DNA of 63,218 nt, counting the filler, from Octopus bimaculoides (lineage: Eukaryota): assembly GCF_001194135.2 (NCBI RefSeq). It is 6 parts of 5 records of this genome, joined end to end, with 100 filler letters (N's around TTAATTAATTAA, not from the genome) between each part and the next. Parts side by side here need not be neighbours in the genome. Positions count along the whole stretch, not along the records: positions 52,049 to 58,805 come from NC_069007.1; positions 58,906 to 63,218 come from NC_068988.1; 4 more parts are not named here. One strand, written 5' to 3'. Both the position numbers and the translations under genes were made by a program. The notes under the pieces are model-generated. The model was not told where the DNA came from and did not search any database. It saw only the letters and a program-made list of their open reading frames with translations. Positions 55,925-63,218 of this stretch are shown here, piece after piece. Position 1 is the first letter of the stretch, and each line of letters opens with the position of its first letter.

Positions 55925-56100
55925 CTTTTACTTGTTTCAGTCATTTGACTGCGGCCATGCTGGAGCACCGCCTTTCGTCGAGCAAATCGACCCAAGGACT
56001 TAGTCTTTGTAAGCCTAGTACTTACTGTATCGGCCTCTTTTGCCGAACCGCTAATTTACGGAGACGCAAGCGATGTTGGGGAGACAAACACAGACACACA
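55925..56100 (-). mobile_element. SINE family 1, 3' half
   Basis: 'cttttacttgtttcagtcatttgactgcggccatgctggagcaccgcc' is the family tail. Confidence 0.85.
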
Positions 56101-56406
56101 AACACACACACAGACACACACATNNNNNNNNNNNNNNNNNNNNNNNNNNNNNNNNNNNNNNNNNNNNNNNNNNNNNNNNNNNNNNNNNNNNNNNNNNNNN
56201 NNNNNNNNNNNNNNNNNNNNNNNNNNNNNNNNNNNNNNNNNNNNNNNNNNNNNNNNNNNNNNNNNNNNNNNNNNNNNNNNNNNNNNNNNNNNNNNNNNNN
56301 NNNNNNNNNNNNNNNNNNNNNNNNNNNNNNNNNNNNNNNNNNNNNNNNNNNNNNNNNNNNNNNNNNNNNNNNNNNNNNNNNNNNNNNNNNNNNNNNNNNN
56401 NNNNNN

Positions 56407-56442
<36 letters not shown>

Positions 56443-56819
56443 GGTATACGTATATATATAGCAATGTGTGTGTATACAGCGAGGTGGTGTATACCAATAT
56501 AAGTTCATAGTAAGTGGGTTTATAGCAAAGCGGGTTTATAGTGATGCTGGTTTATGGCGATGTGGTGTTTATGACAATTTACTTTTATAGTCAATCGAAC
56601 CGAATCAATCAGTCCATTACTGATAGATATTTAATTGATCGCGGACGGATATAAAAACGAAAATCGAAACCAATAAGATTTGAATGGCGAAAGCTATGAC
56701 GCAGAGAATTCCATGCTATAAAACATTATCTGCTTTTCTGTCCTTCTGTCGATTTTGTTAATCTGAATACTTAAGATTATTGCCAACCACAGAGGGAACC
56801 TCCACGAGGAAGGCCCTAA

Positions 56820-56880
56820 GAGGGAGCCACGTGAGGGAGCCACGTGAGGGAGCCACGTGAGGGAGCCACGTGAGGGAGCT
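56820..56880. repeat. 13-bp tandem repeat (gagggagccacgt) x4 plus partial
   Basis: Perfect units start at 56820, 56833, 56846 and 56859; each junction creates CACGTG. Confidence 0.95.
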
Positions 56881-56919
56881 TCTGCGTGGGAGCCTCTACA
56901 GTAGGCAAATCTTGCTCAA

Positions 56920-57315
56920 AGAATTGTCTTTTCATTGTTTTAGTCATTACACTGTGGCCATGCTGGGGCACCTCCTTGAAGGATTTTAATCAAACGAATC
57001 GACCTCAGTACTTATGTTTTCTTATCGGTTTCTTTTGCCGAACCGCTAAGTTACGGGGATGTAAACACACCAACACCGGTTGTCAAGCGACGGTCGGGAA
57101 CAAACACAAATACAAGGACACACACGCACATATATTTATGTGTGTATACACCCACACATATACGTGTGTATATATATATATATATACACACACACATACA
57201 CACATATAAATATATATAAATAAATGTATATATATATATATATACACTTGCTGAAGGTGAACTGAACCCAGAACCATGTGGTTGGCAAGCAAACTTCTTA
57301 CCACTCAGCCGCGCC
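56920..57315 (-). mobile_element. SINE family 1 copy with deleted core
   Basis: Tail, 'gccgaaccgctaagttacggggatgtaaacacacc', microsatellite and head 'actgaacccagaaccatgtggttgg'. Confidence 0.85.
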
Positions 57316-57439
57316 ACAAAATTTCAAAATAAAAGAAGCATATGTTGTATATTCTTCCTTTCGGGTGACGACAAATTCTCTCATAGGTCTTTGGAAACCT
57401 GCTATTAGCTCCCTCGATACATTGTAGTCCGGTCCTGCC

Positions 57440-58232
57440 AGGTTATTGTGGAGTGGTTAGCGACCAGCTATATCTAACGTAGCTCCTACAAAGCTTACTT
57501 CCACAACAAGGTCCAATCCTTGTGGTGGTGTGACCCTGAGAACAATGTAAGGGGTCCACAAGCACTTTATAGGGCTTCACATGCAGGACAGGTCAAAGGA
57601 TAGAAGCCAAATTAATATGGACCATCTCTTTCCAGAGATAAAGATTGGTTTGCATTGGTTCAACATCCCTACCTAGATAAAAAACCCCACTTAGTTATAG
57701 AAACTTCAATGGCAATTCAAAACTAAGAAGAGGAGAGAAAGGAAGGCCTTTCCTCATGGAAACATGAAATAATTTAGCAAATTCCGAAAGGAAGCTGCAA
57801 GGTAAAACAAGGAATCTAAGTAGAAAGAAGCAGAAAAAATTGCCCAGAGTTGAGAACAACGGAGATAAGTCGTTAAGGGCCTATGCTCCATAGCAAGCAT
57901 GTCGGGCAGGTCACAGGATAGAGGGACCCAGACAAGTATCGACTACCTCTATACTAAGAGGTAAAAATGGGTTTGTGTAGAGTCAACATCCCAACCTAGA
58001 AAAATCAAAATTGCTTAAATATTTATGGCAATTCAAAACCAACAAAATCTGGGATAGAAAGGCCTTCTTCCCCCCAGGGAAACATATGAAACAGTGCAGC
58101 AGAATCCGAAAGGAAGCTGTGAGGAAAAAGCAAGGGTCCAATTCTAAAGAAGCAGAAAAGATTGCCCGGCCACGAGAACAGTGAAGGAAAGAAACTGATT
58201 GCTTACGTTCCTTAGGGAGCGAAAGACTTAAG
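57440..58232 (+). mobile_element. Two diverged tandem ~325-bp units resembling RTE 5'UTR fused to RTE 3' end (non-autonomous RTE derivative)
   Basis: Duplicated blocks: caacatccc(t/a)acctaga, atggcaattcaaaac, atccgaaaggaagctg, aaagaagcagaaaa, ttgccc...gagaaca. Unit 2 ends AEKIARPREQ*RKETDCLRSLGSERLK, resembling an RTE C-terminus. Confidence 0.45.
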
Positions 58233-58499
58233 CAAAACAGAAAGACCTTCCGGAACAAATGACAGCGTATGAAACTGTACGTGGTAGCAAGAAATAGTAA
58301 ATAGATCTCCCTTAGATCACACTCTATCGTCTTGAAAAAAGAATACATTGCATAGATTTGGTGCTAGATATATTGTTCAAAGAGAGGTGATAGCCACTGT
58401 TAGCCCATTTTTGTTTACAAGTTTGTACATACCGGGACGTAAACACATCAACACAGTCTGTTAAGCGGCGGTGGGGGACAAACACAAATGAAAAGACAT

Positions 58500-58684
58500 A
58501 CCCGCACACCATCACCAAACTAGAACGCATCCTCTTCCGCTTCTTGTAGAAAGGATGCGTTCCGATGGTCGAAATGTTGATCGAAATTCGACCCACATTT
58601 TTTTTCTCTTCTGCTTCCCGAAAAGAAAAGCTCTATTTGTATTTTGGCCCCTCTGTGTTCAGCCCTGTGTGGCCAATAAAGAAA
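58500..58684 (+). mobile_element. Internally deleted Tx1-type LINE (mid-ORF2 piece joined to 3' UTR)
   Basis: PHTITKLERILFRFL*KGCVPMV resembles the Tx1 post-RT block 'LFRFLWKG'. It is followed by a 3' UTR ending aataaagaaa. Confidence 0.6.
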
Positions 58685-58686
58685 CA

Positions 58687-58687
<1 letters not shown>

Positions 58688-58760
<73 letters not shown>
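58688..58760. repeat. (CTAT)n microsatellite directly after the Tx1-type 3' end
   Basis: Direct reading. Confidence 0.95.
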
Positions 58761-58761
<1 letters not shown>

Positions 58762-58805
58762 AATATTTAATATATAATATAATATATATATAATATTATA
58801 TATAT

Positions 58806-58905
58806 NNNNNNNNNNNNNNNNNNNNNNNNNNNNNNNNNNNNNNNNNNNNTTAATTAATTAANNNNNNNNNNNNNNNNNNNNNNNNNNNNNNNNNNNNNNN
58901 NNNNN
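58806..58905. other. Artificial assembly spacer
   Basis: 44 N + TTAATTAATTAA (58850-58861) + 44 N. Confidence 0.95.
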
Positions 58906-59521
58906 AGAAGAAGAAGAAGAAGAAGAAGAAGGAGGAGGAGATGGAGGAGGAGGAGGAGGAGGAGGAGAATGTGGGAGTGCCATGATAGTAGTAGGATGTT
59001 AAATGGTCAAAAGTGACTTGTTGTAGATGATTGAATTCTTGAGACATCTCTTTTGAATGTTTTGTTTATAAAATTTGCGTAGGTGTTATTTAAACAGCAA
59101 TAGTGGTAAAATTAGGAAGGAAGTGGCGGCGAGGAAGGAGACAAAGAAGAATAATGAGAAAGAGAAGGGAGAATAAGAAGGAATGTAGGTGGTATGATAG
59201 AAGTAGGATTTTAAAAATGGCTCGTTATGGATTATAGCAGTGATTGTGACTGTATTTTAATGTATTCTTGGGAATCTCTTGAGTGTATCATTTTTAATAT
59301 TTGCGTGTGTGTATTTCTGCTTTTCATATAAGCAAGCATCTATAGAGTATTGTTAAGGTTTTGGTCGGCTAGAGGCTACAGTAGAAGATACTTGTCCAAG
59401 GTGCCATGCAGNNNNNNNNNNNNNNNNNNNNNNNNNNNNNNNNNNNNNNNNNNNNNNNNNNNNNNNNNNNNNNNNNNNNNNNNNNNNNNNNNNNNNNNNN
59501 NNNNNNNNNNNNNNNNNNNNN

Positions 59522-59580
<59 letters not shown>

Positions 59581-59581
<1 letters not shown>

Positions 59582-60950
59582 TAGTTGAATGACCCGGCGT
59601 TGCCCGGGTTACTGCTGTTCTTATTCATATTAGTAAACAATAAATATAAAGATATATTCTCATAATTATTTCAAAATATCTATATTTTATAAAAGAATAT
59701 CCAAATTGTAATGATAATAGAATTTCGAACTGAAAATCTGTCAATGTTGAAACATCTCAGGGTAAACAATATTCATTGTGCAATTTTTGTTAGTGTCGAA
59801 ATGAATAAATTGTTGCTGCTTCCAACTCGCGAGGAAGTAACATAGAATTGGCCGTGGGAGAAGCATGTATTAGGGAGATCAAGTGCAACTATCTTGAGCG
59901 ATTGATCCTGAGATTTGTTAATTGAAATACCAAACCTTAGTTTGACTGGAAACTGAAGCGTCTTAAATTCAAATGGAACATCTGTAGGTATGAGAGGAAT
60001 TTTTGGAATAAAGGCATTTTCTCCTTTGTGATTACCTGTTATGATTGTTACCTGTAGGACATGAGGCTTCATGGAAGTAACGATTAAACGAGTTCCATTA
60101 CACAGGTAAAATGGGTCAAGATTCCTAAGCAACATAATGAGAACACCCAGTTTTAGTGTCAAGTTATGCAGTGGCACCCCAGTCAGATTAAGTGTGTTCA
60201 GAAATTCAACAGAGTATTGAACAACCTGACGTCGATCGACTGTTGTCTGTTGATCGAAAAGTCGTTTCTGATGTATCTGTTAACTTTTGAAGAAATTCAT
60301 GATTGAGTGTATCAATAATTTCATTTGTTAGCGCTAGTATAGCTCTTTCACATAGTCAGTTTACATTCGTGTAGTTGACAGACAAATTAAGAAATATCTT
60401 ATCCATAAGATCCCTAAGAGAAAGTATCATTTGACCGCATGTAATTTCATGTAGCTGAAGTCTTGAGGTGAATGTTAATATTCTATTACCAATCTTAAGA
60501 AGCTCGTATGATCGCCTTGTAGTTTTTTCTCATGTCTCCAAAGGTACGATTATTTGAAGCATGCATTGACCTCATCAGTTTTCGATCTTTTGGGGATAAC
60601 TTAAAATGTTTGATGAAAATCTCCTGCCAGAAGAACTGTTACTCTTCCCATGAGCGTGCTACTGAATTTTATGTCTTGGAGGATACGGTCAAGTACCTCT
60701 GGAGCTCCACAATGTGACAGTGCACTCATCCCACACAATGAGGCAAATTTGTTGGAGAACTGTTTCCATTGCAGAGTCCATTGAGGAGGGTAGCTGCAAT
60801 ACCAGAAGATGCAACACTAGAAGAAGGTTAGATTTTATTTCCACCCATTTAGGATTGCAGGAGAAATGGAAATATGTTGAATAAATTCATAATTAACTGA
60901 TCCTCCTGTATTTACTTTCACCCAAATCCAGGAACTTTACAGCACCCCCT
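59581..60950 (-). mobile_element. Helitron: decayed PIF1-like helicase domain and intact 3' terminus
   Basis: Minus strand reads SVASSGIAATLL, IVWDEC, LDRILQDI, VLLAGDFHQ, YSVEFLNTL, MLLRNLDP..LCNGTRL, QFPVKL, INKSQDQSL and FSHGQFYV..SRV. The terminus is acccgg-gcaacg-ccgggt-cattcaa-CTAG|T. Confidence 0.92.
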
Positions 60951-60953
60951 CGT

Positions 60954-61260
60954 ACATTTAAATTAAATGGCTCAGTTAACCACCACAATTACAATTACTG
61001 GAAACCTTGCAATCTAAACGTGAATTCGCCAGTAATTAAAGAATGGTGCGGTTTATCAGGAAAAGAATTAACGGGATATTTATTCTCCCATAATGTCATT
61101 GGTCCTATTTACTTGAACTTGCTGCGCCAACCTGTCATGCCAAGCATCCCAGAGAACTTTGCCTCGTGAAGTCTTATTTCCAACAAGATGATGCACCGCA
61201 ACACTACCATAGTTAAAGCAAGGATCAATCTTGATGAGATGTTGACAAATAGGTTCAGTA
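60954..61260 (+). pseudogene. Tc1/mariner-superfamily transposase catalytic-domain remnant
   Basis: TFKLNGSVNHHNYNYW (60954), WCGLS and YFQQDDAPQHY (61175), with frameshifts. Confidence 0.7.
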
Positions 61261-61577
61261 GGATTCACCTTTATTTTTGTTTTTAGAGTTAGTTAAAAGA
61301 TAAAGCTTACGTTACGAAACTAGCAACAGTCGACCTATGGAGCATAGCCGTTGAATGAGTATCTGCACAGATACAGAACGAAATGTTTTCGGCATTTGCG
61401 ATCCCATTGCTCTATGTTCTTAGGCATGCCTGGACCAGAACGGTCATCAGTTCAAAAAAAGGAATCCATATCAAAATTAAATTCTGTCTGTAGATTCCAT
61501 TAAATTTTGAAAGTGAAATACATTTTAATAAACACTGACTTCAATGTGTGTATATATTTTATGAGAACACTCTGTCC

Positions 61578-61610
<33 letters not shown>

Positions 61611-61638
61611 TGTATGTATGTATGTATGCATGCATGCG

Positions 61639-61673
<35 letters not shown>

Positions 61674-61856
61674 ACGTGCGTGTGTGTGTGTGTGCACGTG
61701 CGTGTGTGTGTGTGTAAACATGTGCGAATTCTGCATGGATTAGGAAACGGTGGCGATTGAAATTTTGTAAATAGAATTATAAGCTTTCATCGTATATTGA
61801 ATACAGAAAATACTATAATGTTAGGACAAACAAACCCCCGTATATATATATATATG

Positions 61857-61901
<45 letters not shown>

Positions 61902-61967
61902 NNNNNNNNNNNNNNNNNNNNNNNNNNNNNNNNNNNNNNNNNNNNGGGGATATATATATGTGTGTGT

Positions 61968-62009
<42 letters not shown>

Positions 62010-62017
62010 GGGGTATA

Positions 62018-62071
<54 letters not shown>

Positions 62072-62164
62072 GTATCATATATATATTATATATTTTATCA
62101 TGCGCTCAGTTTATTTTCCCTTTAAAGATGGCAAAGCCAACAAAGTCAACTCTAACATATAACT

Positions 62165-62290
62165 TAGTTTATCGATCCCCAGGGGATGAAAGTCAATGTC
62201 AACAGAGCAGTGATTTGAACAAAGAGTTAACATTATTTTGCCCGACACTTTACAGTTCTCCCCACCACCGTATTAAACCAAGAGAAATAA
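62165..62290 (-). mobile_element. SINE family 2, diverged fragment
   Basis: 'tttatcgatccccaggggatgaaagtcaatgtcaac...gatttgaac' is the reverse complement of the family body. Confidence 0.6.
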
Positions 62291-63056
62291 TAACAAATGT
62301 TATAAATGTGACAAACTCCTATCCACCTTCTCTTCCCTTTCCTTACACCCACATTTCATTTAAATATCGAGATTTTATGTCAAGTTACTAGAATCCATTA
62401 TAAAACGGTTGTTTGCTTTAAAAACAAACTCTTAGGAATGGTCTCACTTTCTCTTCATCTCCATCTATCTCAATCTCTTTCTGCGAAACTGCTTCATTCA
62501 AGCATCGGATTTCAAGAGATAATTTTCCCATAGTCCATTAGTCAAGTGTCCAGTGTCTATTTACGACTTCTCGTAATGTTTTTTCCTCTTTTATCTTATC
62601 ATTTGAATTCCAAAATTCCTAAAAATAGAATAACAAATGCTCGGAATAATTCTGGTCACAAATTTGGCGGTTTTGTTTCTTTCTTTGTTTCTTTCCTTTT
62701 GCTGTGTGTGTGTATATATTTGCGTATGAGAGAGAGTTTTCTTGTTTCTCAATTCCTTCTATATTTAGAAAATTTCTCTCTTTGTTTGTTCAGAAAGACA
62801 GTCGTGCCAACGCCATCTTAGTTTGAAATCAACTTCAAAATGAGAAGTATTTTTTAACGTCGTGTTGTTACATGTCTCGCTAAAAAAACCTCAACTTTTT
62901 TCCTTCTTCCAACTACTTTTTCAAAACAACATGGAAATCATTCTCAGTACCCCTCTCTCTCTTATATATACATGTGCATACCAAAGTACATACATGCACA
63001 TAGATACATATACATACATACATACATAATACATACATAAATACATACATGCATTA

Positions 63057-63087
<31 letters not shown>

Positions 63088-63218
63088 CATACATACATGT
63101 ACATACATATACACATATATACACACACACATATATATGTATATATATGTATATAATATATATATATGTATATCTATATATATATACATATATATGTATA
63201 TATATAAATGTGTATATA

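Noticed and set aside
60555-60585. Minus-strand CTGATGAG as a hammerhead core
   Set aside because: It lies within the Helitron helicase coding sequence (KTDEVNAC) and has no downstream GAAA or stems.

Overview
AT-rich, microsatellite-dense animal DNA. The SINE and LINE content looks like a cephalopod (Octopus-type) draft genome; this is an inference from repeat families I recognise. The window is not one contiguous locus: five identical 100-bp spacers (44 N + TTAATTAATTAA + 44 N) join six pieces (1-8923, 9024-20456, 20557-42073, 42174-51948, 52049-58805, 58906-63218). I cannot support any intact host protein-coding gene, and most of the ORF track is an artefact of N-runs and microsatellites. 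Recognisable content is decayed mobile DNA: CR1/L2-type, Tx1-type, RTE-type and R4/Dong-type LINEs, mariner/Tc1 transposase remnants, a Helitron with an intact 3' terminus, hAT and pogo-type MITEs, and many tRNA-derived SINEs. The most interesting locus is 21.9-24.3 kb. There an interstitial (TTAGGG)n array is fused directly to a 5'-truncated Tx1-type LINE. That LINE breaks off at a ~352-bp, direct-repeat-bounded, hairpin-rich unit carrying a minimal type I hammerhead ribozyme motif, resembling a Penelope pseudo-LTR or retrozyme. A second notable structure is an RTE insertion with a 16-bp target-site duplication and a fold-back inverted copy of its flank (18.7-19.2 kb).
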